DNA from: a virus
Taxonomy: Duplodnaviria; Caudoviricetes
DNA: 41,384 nucleotides
IMG/VR virus record: IMGVR_UViG_3300012942_000076
Coordinates: 1-41,384 of that record
Reading direction: 5' to 3' (one strand)
Every line of letters begins with the position of its first letter. Positions within the stretch are counted from its first letter, which is position 1. A program made the translations under genes and the position numbers. A model generated the notes under the pieces. That model did no database searches. It had not been told where the DNA came from and worked only from the letters and a program-made list of their open reading frames with translations. Below are positions 6,192 through 14,618 of this stretch, one piece after another.

Positions 6192-7435
6192 TGCGTGTTC
6201 GACGCAGCAAAGCGCCGGCATGGACCAGCGAGGAGATAGCCATCCTCTGCGACGTCTATCCGCGCGAGGGTGTCAATGGCTGCGCCGACGCGCTCCCCGA
6301 ACGCAGCTGGAGCGCGATCCAGAATATGGCGCACAAGCTCGGGGTCCGCAGCCCTTATGTGCTGATCCCGACGCCCAAGGCCAAGCTCGACGGAGCGGAT
6401 CTCGAGGAGGCGATTCGGCTGCGCCAGGACGAGGGGTGGAGCTTCGAGCGCATCGGCAATCGTTTCGGTGTGTGCGAGACGGCCGCGCAGAACGCCGTTG
6501 TCATTGCCTTGTGCCCGCGGCTCGGTTTCACGCCGGCACAGCGGGACGAGAATGGCCACCTTCTCCCGGAAGGTATCGAGCGCCTGCGCGAGATGCTGAG
6601 TCGGGGCATGAAGGCTATCGATATCGGCCTCCAGCTCGGCATCAGCGCGGCGCGCATTGCCGAGGAGCGTCGACGCTACAACGGCGACCTCAAGGCGCGC
6701 GGCAAGCGCCAGCTTCCGCCGCCGGGCAATGGCACTCGCTACAGCGGCGCGAAGGTGCCGAAGGACGTCTACAGGCAAGTCGAGCAGCTGCTCATGTCCG
6801 GTTACGGCGCGCCGCGCATCGCGGACCTAACCGGCGTCAGCAAGACGCACGTCCAGCGCCGGCGTGTGAAGTTGATCCGTCGCCTTCGCCGCAAGGGCGA
6901 ATGCCTACCCGGCTGCGATCACGCCGGACGGCGCATCGCCTATAAGGACTCGCTCGCTTCGGTTCACCTGATCCAGAAGGATATTCTGCGCGCCGAGCTG
7001 CTCAAGGGCACGCCTGTCGCCAGGGCGGCTAAGATTGCGGTGGTCGGCAGCAGCTTCGCCTATCAGTTCCGGGATGAGCTAAAGGCCGAACTCGAACGCA
7101 AAGGTCGGGAACTGCCTCCCATCGTCCGCCTCGGCCGAGTGAAGGCGGAAGCCGTCGACCGTGCGCTCGACTGGCTGCCGCGCAGCAAGCACAACCTGAT
7201 CGTCTACCGCCGTCATCTGATCGAGGCCGAGGGCGACCAGATCGAGGCCAAGCGCCGCACGATCGCCGAACTGATGCCGAAGCCGGCCCCGATCGCGCCC
7301 AAGCGGCCCCTCACCTTCGAGGAAAAGCTGGCGCTGGTTGCGAGCGGCAAAGCCACCCTCGTCCCGAACATTCCGCTCCGCCGCCCGGACTATTCATACA
7401 CGCTCGGCGGCGTGGCGACGGGAGCGCTCGCATGA
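6191..7435 (+). CDS. Multi-HTH DNA-binding protein (414 aa)
   Basis: AGGAGG RBS; Myb-like WTSEEIAIL N-terminus plus about four further HTH-like segments. Confidence 0.7.
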   Translation: MRVRRSKAPAWTSEEIAILCDVYPREGVNGCADALPERSWSAIQNMAHKLGVRSPYVLIPTPKAKLDGADLEEAIRLRQDEGWSFERIGNRFGVCETAAQNAVVIALCPRLGFTPAQRDENGHLLPEGIERLREMLSRGMKAIDIGLQLGISAARIAEERRRYNGDLKARGKRQLPPPGNGTRYSGAKVPKDVYRQVEQLLMSGYGAPRIADLTGVSKTHVQRRRVKLIRRLRRKGECLPGCDHAGRRIAYKDSLASVHLIQKDILRAELLKGTPVARAAKIAVVGSSFAYQFRDELKAELERKGRELPPIVRLGRVKAEAVDRALDWLPRSKHNLIVYRRHLIEAEGDQIEAKRRTIAELMPKPAPIAPKRPLTFEEKLALVASGKATLVPNIPLRRPDYSYTLGGVATGALA

Positions 7436-7782
7436 TCAGCCCCGCTCGCCGCCGGATCATCGAGCGCATCGAGGCCTCCGCGGCGCTGACGCACAGCAGC
7501 TTTTCGCACGAGGCCGCGCTTGCGGCCGATCGGGCGCGCGACCTGGTGGCACGCTACGAGATCGCCGCCAGCGAACTCACCCCGGAAGCGCGCGCGCAGC
7601 TCGCTCCTTTCGATATCGCCGCGCAGCTCACCATCATCCACGCCTGCTATACCAAGCGGGCTGAAGAGCCGGGGCGCTGGATGGTGACCGGGCTCGGCCC
7701 GAACGTCTCCGCTGCCGAGATGGCCGCCTTCGCCGCCGAGCGCGGCGTCACCTCGCGCTTCTCGCCTCCGGTTTCAGCATGA
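7432..7782 (+). CDS. Hypothetical protein (116 aa)
   Basis: ATGA coupling at both ends. Confidence 0.65.
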   Translation: MISPARRRIIERIEASAALTHSSFSHEAALAADRARDLVARYEIAASELTPEARAQLAPFDIAAQLTIIHACYTKRAEEPGRWMVTGLGPNVSAAEMAAFAAERGVTSRFSPPVSA

Positions 7783-8246
7783 CCAAGCGCCGCTCCGCGA
7801 TCGACGCCGCCCAGCTCGGCTTCACCTTCGACCCGCCGGCTCCGGCGCGTCGCGAGGCGGAGCTGGCGGGGCTTGATCGCTGGGTGGCGGCGTGCGTGGC
7901 GCGGGCGCTCAAGGAAGATGCGCGATCGCGCGACGAGGTGGCCGGCGCGGTCTCCTCGTTGCTCGACGAGACGGTCTCGCGCGCGATGCTCGACGCCTAC
8001 GCCTCCGAGGCGCGCGAGGCCCACAATATCAGCGTGGCGCGCTTCCTCGCGCTGGTGGCGGTGACCGAGCGTCACGATCTGCTCGACGCGCTGGTGCGCC
8101 GGATCGGGGCGGCGCTGCTGGTCGGCGAGGAAATCCATGCCGCGCGGCTCGGTCACCTCCGCGCCCAGCGGCGGCGGATCGACGCGGAAATTCGCGCGGC
8201 CGAGCGGGCTGCGACCGAGATCATGCGCGGGGAGAAGCGCAGATGA
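7779..8246 (+). CDS. Phage protein upstream of the transposase (possible CII-like regulator)
   Basis: SRDEVAGAVSSLLDETVSRAMLDAYASEAREAHNIS; position typical of alphaproteobacterial Mu-like phages. Confidence 0.6.
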   Translation: MTKRRSAIDAAQLGFTFDPPAPARREAELAGLDRWVAACVARALKEDARSRDEVAGAVSSLLDETVSRAMLDAYASEAREAHNISVARFLALVAVTERHDLLDALVRRIGAALLVGEEIHAARLGHLRAQRRRIDAEIRAAERAATEIMRGEKRR

Positions 8247-8440
8247 AGCGCAATCCCGGTCATCTGCCGCCCGAGGCCGAGGGCAAGCGCGTGCGCGTGC
8301 GGCTCGCATGCGGACGGCGGGGCCGCTGCGACAACAATCCGATGAGCCCGCCCGGCTGGGCGGCGGACGGCAGGAACGGCTGCCGTTGGAGCCTCACCGG
8401 CAGCCCGTTCGACATCGCCGAGGATGAGGTGATCGCGTGA
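8243..8440 (+). CDS. Hypothetical protein (65 aa)
   Basis: GGAG RBS; coupled to neighbours; C-terminal WSLTGSPFDI. Confidence 0.6.
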   Translation: MKRNPGHLPPEAEGKRVRVRLACGRRGRCDNNPMSPPGWAADGRNGCRWSLTGSPFDIAEDEVIA

Positions 8441-10383
8441 CGCCAATGGGGGGCAGGAACTGGTTCACGGCGGCGGAACTGGCGGAGCTGAAGCTCCCCG
8501 GGCTGCCCAAAACCAAGCGCAAGATCAACGAGAAGGCGGCCGCCGAACGCTGGGCGCTGAAAGGCGACGCCGCCGGACTGGCGCTGGCGCGGCCCCGCAA
8601 GGCGCGCGGCGGCGGCACCGAATATCATGTCGCACTGCTCCCGGCGGCTGCGCGGGTCGAGCTCGCCAAGCGCGGCCTCGGCGGCGCGGCCCAGGTGACC
8701 GCGGGACCGCCGCCGGAGACGCGGCCGGCGAGCCTGTGGCCGTGGTTCGAGGCGCAGTCGGACGCTGTGAAGGCCGTCGCCGCGCGGCGGCTCGCGATCA
8801 TCGACGCGGTGGAGCGCCACGAGGCGGCCGGGCTGACCCGCACGGCGGCGATCGCCGCCGTGGCGGCCGACGAGTCCGTTTCCACCTCGACCCTGTGGGG
8901 CTGGCGTCGTGCGGTCGAGGGGATCGACCAGGCGGACTGGCTGCCGCACCTCGCGCCGCGCCGCAAGGGCGGCGGAGCGGAAGCCGCCGTCGATCCCGAG
9001 TTGTGGCGGGCGCTCAAATCGGACTGGCTCCGGCCCGAACGGCCGACATGGGAAAGCTGCTATCAGCGCACGCTGACGCTTGCCGCCGCGCGGGGACTGT
9101 CATTGCCGCATTCGCGCACGCTGTGGCGCAAGCTGGAGCGCGAGGTTCCGGCCGCCGTGATCGTGCTGCGCCGGGAAGGACAGGATGCGCTCCGGCAGAC
9201 GCTGCCGCCGCAGCAGCGCACCGTTGCCCAGCTCCACGCGATGGAACTGGTCAATATCGACGGGCACAAGTGGGACGTTTTCGTCCGCTTCCCCTCCGGC
9301 GCGATCCAGCGGCCGATGATGGTGGCCATCCAGGACGTTTACAGCCGCAAGTTCCTCGCGTGGCGCATCGGCGAGACCGAGAGCGCGGTGCTGACCCGGC
9401 TCGCCTTCGCCGATCTGTTTCGTAAATACGGGATCCCCAGGGGCTGCCTCCTCGACAACGGCCGCGCCTTCGCCTCGAAATGGATCACCGGCGGCGCGAA
9501 GACGCGATTCCGCTTCACCATCCGCGAGGATGAGCCGACCGGCCTGCTGCCTGCCGTGGGCGTCAATCCGCACTGGTCGACCCCCTATCGCGGCTCCTCA
9601 AAGCCGATTGAAAGGGGCTTCAGGGACTTTTGCGACGCGATCGCCAGGCATCCCGCGTTCGCGGGGGCCTATACGGGCAACCGGCCCGACGCGAAGCCCG
9701 AGAATTACGGCGATCGGGCGATCCCGCTGGCGGACTTCATCCGCATCGTGGAGGCCGGAATCGCGGCGCACAACGCGCGGCCGGGCCGCCGGACCGAGAT
9801 GGGCGCGGGCGTCCACAGCTTCGACGACGTGTTCAACCGCTCCTATGCGACCGCGTCGATCGGCAAGGCGAATCCCGAGCAGCTCCGGCTGGCGCTGCTG
9901 ACTGCGGAAGGTGTCACCACCGATCGCCGCACCGGCGCGATCGAGAATTTCTACGGCAATCGCTACTGGACCCCCGAGCTCGGCCAGTTCGCGGGATCGC
10001 GCGTGGTGGTGCGGTTCGATCCCGACGATCTCACCCTGCCGCTGCATGTCTATGCGCGCGACGGGCGCTATCTCGCCTCCGCGCCGCTGATCGAGGCGAC
10101 CGGCTTCCTCGACGTAGCCGCCGCCAAGCGGCGCGCCCGGCAGGAACGCGACCATCGCGCCGCCGCGCGCCGCCAGGTCGAGCTTCAGGAGCTGATGGAG
10201 GCGGCCGATATCGCCGCGCTGCTGCCGGACGCCCCGCCGGCCGAGCTCCCGGAGCCCAGCATCATCCGCCCGGTGCGCCACCGCGCGACGGCGGCGGCGC
10301 TGAAGCCGCGCGCGGCCCCCGCCACCCATCACAGCATCGACCGGATCGCGAAGGCGATGACCCGCCTGCGCGTGGTCGACTGA
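8437..10383 (+). CDS. MuA-like DDE transposase
   Basis: N-terminal Mu HTH (WFTAAELAELKLPGLP); catalytic NIDGHKWD, LLDNGRAF and SKPIERGF; C-terminal VVVRFDPDDL. Confidence 0.95.
   Translation: MTPMGGRNWFTAAELAELKLPGLPKTKRKINEKAAAERWALKGDAAGLALARPRKARGGGTEYHVALLPAAARVELAKRGLGGAAQVTAGPPPETRPASLWPWFEAQSDAVKAVAARRLAIIDAVERHEAAGLTRTAAIAAVAADESVSTSTLWGWRRAVEGIDQADWLPHLAPRRKGGGAEAAVDPELWRALKSDWLRPERPTWESCYQRTLTLAAARGLSLPHSRTLWRKLEREVPAAVIVLRREGQDALRQTLPPQQRTVAQLHAMELVNIDGHKWDVFVRFPSGAIQRPMMVAIQDVYSRKFLAWRIGETESAVLTRLAFADLFRKYGIPRGCLLDNGRAFASKWITGGAKTRFRFTIREDEPTGLLPAVGVNPHWSTPYRGSSKPIERGFRDFCDAIARHPAFAGAYTGNRPDAKPENYGDRAIPLADFIRIVEAGIAAHNARPGRRTEMGAGVHSFDDVFNRSYATASIGKANPEQLRLALLTAEGVTTDRRTGAIENFYGNRYWTPELGQFAGSRVVVRFDPDDLTLPLHVYARDGRYLASAPLIEATGFLDVAAAKRRARQERDHRAAARRQVELQELMEAADIAALLPDAPPAELPEPSIIRPVRHRATAAALKPRAAPATHHSIDRIAKAMTRLRVVD
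9597..9640. repeat. 11-bp phased tract 2, inside the transposase gene
   Basis: CTCAAAGCCGA TTGAAAGGGGC TTCAGGGACTT TTGCGACGCGA; coincides with rare ATT/AGG/AGG/TTT codons. Confidence 0.55.
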
Positions 10384-10404
10384 CCAACAGAGGAGAATTG
10401 GCCG

Positions 10405-11367
10405 ATGAACAATCCCGACGACCTGCCGATCGACGTCGAGGCCGAACGCGAGTGGGCGAACGCCTACCGGCTCAAGCACGAGCTCTCCTGGTCGCGCTTC
10501 GCGCTGCTCGCCGACGTGCCGATGGGCACGCTCCAGCCCTTCTGCAAGGGCAATTACCAGGGCAATAACGAGCGGGTCGCGCGAGCGATCTACCGGCTTC
10601 GCCAGATGGAGGAGACGCAAAGCGACCTCGCCTATTTGGCCGAGGACGTCCCCTATTTCGAGACGCCAACCTCACGCCGCATCGAGGGGCTGCTCAAGAT
10701 CGCGCATATGGGCCGGGTCACCGCGGTCGGCACTGCACCTGGCACCGGCAAGACGATCACCGCCTGGAATTACGCGCTCGGCGTCCCGCTCGTGTTCGTC
10801 GTCACCATGCGGCAGTCGACCCGAACGCTGAACGGCATGATCCTCCAGGTGCTTCGCGTGCTGGAAGGCACCGAGCCCAAGGGCAACAACACCCAGGCGC
10901 TCTCGCGCCGCGTCACCGACAATCTGCGCGGCAAGCGCAAGCTGCTGATCATCGACGAGGCGCAGCATCTCACCTGGGAGGCGCTGGAGGAAATCCGCTC
11001 CTGGCACGACGAGACCGGCACCGGAATCTGCCTGCTCGGCAACGAGGAACTGATCATGCGGATCGAGGGCGGCCCGCGCCGCGACGCCTTCGCCCGCATG
11101 AACAGCCGGATCGCGGTGCGCCATGTCCAAAACCTGCCCGAGCAAGCGGATGCCGAGGCATTCTGCGACGCATGGAAGATCAGCGACGCGGGCATGCGCC
11201 GCTTGCTCATCCAGATCGCGCTGACGCCGGCGGCCGGCGGCCTGCGCGAATGCCGCCAGATTGTCGAGGCGGCCAGCATGTTCGCGATCGAGGATCAGCG
11301 GCCGATCAGCCTCGCCGACCTGCGCGACGCCCAGGCGACGCGCGCCACGCGCAATATCCGGGCGTGA
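10405..11367 (+). CDS. MuB-like AAA+ transposition ATPase
   Basis: Walker A-like TAPGTGKT and Walker B LLIIDEAQHL; AGGAG RBS; follows MuA. Confidence 0.93.
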   Translation: MNNPDDLPIDVEAEREWANAYRLKHELSWSRFALLADVPMGTLQPFCKGNYQGNNERVARAIYRLRQMEETQSDLAYLAEDVPYFETPTSRRIEGLLKIAHMGRVTAVGTAPGTGKTITAWNYALGVPLVFVVTMRQSTRTLNGMILQVLRVLEGTEPKGNNTQALSRRVTDNLRGKRKLLIIDEAQHLTWEALEEIRSWHDETGTGICLLGNEELIMRIEGGPRRDAFARMNSRIAVRHVQNLPEQADAEAFCDAWKISDAGMRRLLIQIALTPAAGGLRECRQIVEAASMFAIEDQRPISLADLRDAQATRATRNIRA

Positions 11368-11372
11368 CGGCG

Positions 11373-11522
11373 ATGTTCGGGCTCCGCCGCGCCTGGAGCG
11401 TGCTGCGCGAGAGCAGCGGAGGCGGCCGGCGGCTGGCGATGCTGGTCGCCTTCTGCTGGCTGACCGGCATCGCGCTGCTGATGCTGGCCGACGCCTTCAT
11501 GGCGATGGAGCCAGGACGATGA
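11373..11522 (+). CDS. Small membrane protein (49 aa)
   Basis: TM segment LAMLVAFCWLTGIALLMLA; coupled to the next gene. Confidence 0.5.
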   Translation: MFGLRRAWSVLRESSGGGRRLAMLVAFCWLTGIALLMLADAFMAMEPGR

Positions 11523-11911
11523 CCAGCATCGAGGAACTCGTAGAGCGCATCGAGCGCATTGAGGCGGCGTTGACCGGCGATCCCGATTACGCGCCGGTCG
11601 AGATGCCGGACAGATCGGTGGCGGCGATGATCCGCTGGGTGGCGTTCGAGACGGGTCTGCGGGGCGACGCGATACGGGGAAACGATCGGCGTGCGGCCCA
11701 TGCCCGCGCCCGTTTCGCCGTGTTCTGGGGCGCGCGCGAGCTGCGTGAGCTGTCCTTCGCGAAGATCGGCCGCGCGGTGGGCGACCGCGATCATAGCACC
11801 GTGGTTTCCGGCTACCGCCGCGCGCTGGAGATGCGCGAGCGTGATCCGGCTTTCCGGCTCCTCACCAACCGCATGATCGACGCTTTCTCTGTCCGAAAGG
11901 ATGCCGCATGA
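11519..11911 (+). CDS. Stand-alone DnaA C-terminal (domain IV) HTH protein (130 aa)
   Basis: ARARFAVFWGARELRELSFAKIGRAVGDRDHSTVVSG matches the DnaA domain IV signature. Confidence 0.85.
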   Translation: MTSIEELVERIERIEAALTGDPDYAPVEMPDRSVAAMIRWVAFETGLRGDAIRGNDRRAAHARARFAVFWGARELRELSFAKIGRAVGDRDHSTVVSGYRRALEMRERDPAFRLLTNRMIDAFSVRKDAA

Positions 11912-12609
11912 CCGCCGCCGCGCCTCGCTTCGCGCCGAATCCTCGTCGGCGCGCGCTGATCGCCAAGGTGAAGCTCGCCCAGAAGGAGCTCGGCCTGGTC
12001 GACGACGATTATCGGGCGGTGCTGCTCGACGTCACCGGCAGGACGAGCGCCGCCGATTGCAGCGAAGCCGAGCTGGTCCGCGTCGTCGAGCGGTTCAAGG
12101 CGCGTGGATTCCAGCCGAAACCGGCGGCGGGACGGGGCGGCTCGCCCCGGGCGGCGGATCATCCTGCGGCGAAGAAGGCGCGGGCGCTGTGGATCTCGCT
12201 CCACCATCTCGGCGCCATCGACGATCCGTCCGAGCGCGCGCTCGAAGCCTTCGCGCGCCGGCAGCTCGGGGTCGAGCGGCTGCAATGGGCCGACCAGGCG
12301 AAAGCCTACAAGCTGATCGAGGCGCTAAAGGCGATGGGCGAACGCAAGGGCTGGCGTCAGGATCTGGCTGGCATCGATCCGGCCGCGCAGGTTATGGTGC
12401 TCAAGCGCCGCCTCGCCGAGGCGATCCTCGCCCGATTGAAGACGCTCGGGATCGCGGCGCGCCACTGGTCGCTGACCGAGGCGGCGTGGCTGCTGCTGGG
12501 CGAACGGCCGGCCTCGCCGGGCGGCATTTGGGAATTTTCCGAGCTTGACCGTATCGCGGCCGGGCTGGGCGCGAAGCTGCGCGCGGCGCGGCCGGGAGGA
12601 CGGCGGTGA
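11908..12609 (+). CDS. gemA: GemA/Mu gp16 (DUF1018) family protein
   Basis: RRALIAKVKLAQKELGLVDDDYRAVL...KARALWISLHHLGAIDDPSERALEAF. Confidence 0.88.
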   Translation: MTAAAPRFAPNPRRRALIAKVKLAQKELGLVDDDYRAVLLDVTGRTSAADCSEAELVRVVERFKARGFQPKPAAGRGGSPRAADHPAAKKARALWISLHHLGAIDDPSERALEAFARRQLGVERLQWADQAKAYKLIEALKAMGERKGWRQDLAGIDPAAQVMVLKRRLAEAILARLKTLGIAARHWSLTEAAWLLLGERPASPGGIWEFSELDRIAAGLGAKLRAARPGGRR

Positions 12610-12782
12610 TCGCGGTCGCGCCCGCCACGCGCGGCTATGCGCCGCTTTATCGTCCGGGCGCGCTCTGCCCCGGCTGCGGGCGATCGCAATGGCATGTCGG
12701 CCGCCATTCGGCCGAATGCGCTTTCTGCGCGACGGCGCTGCCGCTCGCGCCGCCCGAGCGGGAGGCGCGCGAGACCGCATGA
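12606..12782 (+). CDS. Small zinc-ribbon protein (58 aa)
   Basis: GTG start with GGAGG RBS; LCPGCGRSQWHVGRHSAECAFC; not in the ORF track. Confidence 0.7.
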   Translation: MIAVAPATRGYAPLYRPGALCPGCGRSQWHVGRHSAECAFCATALPLAPPEREARETA

Positions 12783-13174
12783 GCGCCGCGCCCGCCTCGA
12801 CCGGATCGAGCGTGCTCGACGAGATCGCCGAGGTGATCGGCGAGGAGGCGGCGTGGCGGCTGGCGCGCCACTTCGGCGGCCGGCGGCTGTTCGTGCCGGC
12901 CGAACTTCGCCCCAATCATCCGATCGCGGTGGCGATCGGCGCGGCGGCGGCGGCCCGGCTGGTCGAGCATTTCCGCGAAGAGACGCTGTCCGTGCCCAAG
13001 CGGGTCGAGCGCCAGCGGCGCGTCCACGAGCTCGCGCGGCGGGGATTGACTCGCCAGCGGATCGCGGAGGAAACCGACTATTCGGAGCGGCAGGTCTATC
13101 GGCTGCTCGCCCAGCGCGCCGAGGAGACGCGCCAGTTCGATCTGTTCGAGGGCGGCGGCGACAACGATCTATGA
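12779..13174 (+). CDS. Mor/C family transcription activator (131 aa)
   Basis: LDEIAEVIGEEAAWRLARHFGGRRLFVP; C-terminal HTH IAEETDYSERQVYRLL; located just before the lysis genes. Confidence 0.88.
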   Translation: MSAAPASTGSSVLDEIAEVIGEEAAWRLARHFGGRRLFVPAELRPNHPIAVAIGAAAAARLVEHFREETLSVPKRVERQRRVHELARRGLTRQRIAEETDYSERQVYRLLAQRAEETRQFDLFEGGGDNDL

Positions 13175-13213
13175 CGTCCGTCATGTAAGAGCGGCGCGGG
13201 AGCCGCTGGTATC
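13172..13213 (+). promoter_or_regulatory. Putative activator-dependent late promoter (Plys-like)
   Basis: TGACGTCCGTCATGTAAGA-N13-CGCTGGTA; nearly identical element at 24110. Confidence 0.7.
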
Positions 13214-13222
13214 CCGCTCGAC

Positions 13223-13810
13223 ATGGACGGGGGATTTTCAGCCGAGCCGACGCTCAAGACGCGCTTCCAGATCGCGGTCGATCGGCTGTTCGCGGTCGAG
13301 GGCGGCCTGGTCGACAATCCGGCCGATCCGGGCGGCGTCACCAAATACGGAATCTCGCTGCGCTTCCTCGTCGCCGAGGGGCGACTGCCGGCGAACCGGG
13401 CGCTGTGCGACGTCGACGCCAACGGCCTGATCGACGGGCGTGACGTGCGGGCGCTGACCAGGCCGCAGGCCGCCGCGCTCTACCGCCGCTGTTTCTGGGA
13501 GGCCGAAGGGATCGGCCAGCTCCCGCCGCCGCTCGACGCGATGATGCTCGACCAGTGCGTCAATATGGGCTCGGGCACGGCGATCCGGCTGCTCCAATCC
13601 GCCGTCGGCGCGAAAACCGACGGTCAGCTCGGTCCCAAAACCGAGGCGGCGGTGGAACGGTCGATCGCCACCGTCGGCATGGACGGCGTGATCGCCGCCT
13701 ACAAGCGGGTCGCGCGGGACCATTACGCCGCCATCATCGCCGCTCATCCGCGCCTCGCCTGCTTCGCCGAGGGCTGGGATGCGCGCGTCGACCGGCTCGG
13801 AGCCGTCTGA
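13223..13810 (+). CDS. Endolysin, glycoside hydrolase family 108 with peptidoglycan-binding C-terminus
   Basis: EGGLVDNPADPGGVTKYGIS; DGQLGPKT; FAEGWDARV. Confidence 0.92.
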   Translation: MDGGFSAEPTLKTRFQIAVDRLFAVEGGLVDNPADPGGVTKYGISLRFLVAEGRLPANRALCDVDANGLIDGRDVRALTRPQAAALYRRCFWEAEGIGQLPPPLDAMMLDQCVNMGSGTAIRLLQSAVGAKTDGQLGPKTEAAVERSIATVGMDGVIAAYKRVARDHYAAIIAAHPRLACFAEGWDARVDRLGAV

Positions 13811-13838
13811 TGCTTGTTCCACCACGAGGCATGAACCG

Positions 13839-14060
13839 ATGACCGACATGACCGGACTGGACGCCGCCGCCGCTTCGGCGCTCCGGCCGATGTTGATGCA
13901 GCTCGCCACCAAGGCGCTGGCGATCGCCGGCGCGTTTCTCGCCGCGCACGGGTTGGCGACCGCGGCCATGATCATCGTCGGCGTCGCGCTCGGCGCGCTC
14001 CAGACAAGGCTGCTCCACGCCAAGGCGGCCGCCTCCGTTTCCACCAGCAAAGGATCCTGA
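13839..14060 (+). CDS. Putative holin (73 aa, two TM segments)
   Basis: Hydrophobic segments; directly after the endolysin. Confidence 0.55.
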   Translation: MTDMTGLDAAAASALRPMLMQLATKALAIAGAFLAAHGLATAAMIIVGVALGALQTRLLHAKAAASVSTSKGS

Positions 14061-14063
14061 CCG

Positions 14064-14396
14064 ATGCGACGTCTCTCCCTTGCGGCGGCCTGGGCGCTGC
14101 TCGCGCTTGCCGGCTGCGCCACGACCGGCACTGTCCGGCTGGACGCCGACAAGGCGTTCCTCACTGCCCAGATCGGCTTCGAATCGCTCCAGCAGGCGGC
14201 GCTGGCCGGCATCCAGTCGGGCGCGATCAGCGGCGACGCCAAGGCGCGGGTAATCGCGCTGAACGACAAGGGCGTCCGGCTCGAAGCCGAAGGCTATGCC
14301 GCGCGGCAGGCGGCCAATGCGGCCGCCGAAGGCGACGCTGCAATCGGGCTCACCACCATCGTCAGCCAGATCGTCGCGCTGGGAGTCCTGAAATGA
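14064..14396 (+). CDS. Lipoprotein, possible spanin
   Basis: Lipobox LALAGC; hydrophobic C-terminus; in the lysis block. Confidence 0.65.
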   Translation: MRRLSLAAAWALLALAGCATTGTVRLDADKAFLTAQIGFESLQQAALAGIQSGAISGDAKARVIALNDKGVRLEAEGYAARQAANAAAEGDAAIGLTTIVSQIVALGVLK

Positions 14397-14611
14397 GCAT
14401 GACCGCACAGCAAGCTCTCCAACTCGTCGCCACCGCTCTCGCGGCCGCCGAGGCGCTCCAGACCGCGCTGCCCGAGATCGAGGCGAACTGGGAGAAGGTG
14501 AAGGCAGCCTACGCGGCCACCAGCGCCGCCGATCTCCAGGCGCTGATCGACCAGGCGCATGCCGATATTCAGGCGCTCGGCGCGAAGCTCGACGCGCTGA
14601 AGGACGGCTGA
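14393..14611 (+). CDS. Small helical hypothetical protein (72 aa)
   Basis: ATGA coupling; GGAG RBS. Confidence 0.7.
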   Translation: MSMTAQQALQLVATALAAAEALQTALPEIEANWEKVKAAYAATSAADLQALIDQAHADIQALGAKLDALKDG

Positions 14612-14618
14612 AACTCCG

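Noticed and set aside
11367-12609. gam (host-nuclease inhibitor) or kil at the usual semi-essential position
   Set aside because: No ORF with recognisable Gam features; absence noted by eye only and needs an HMM search.
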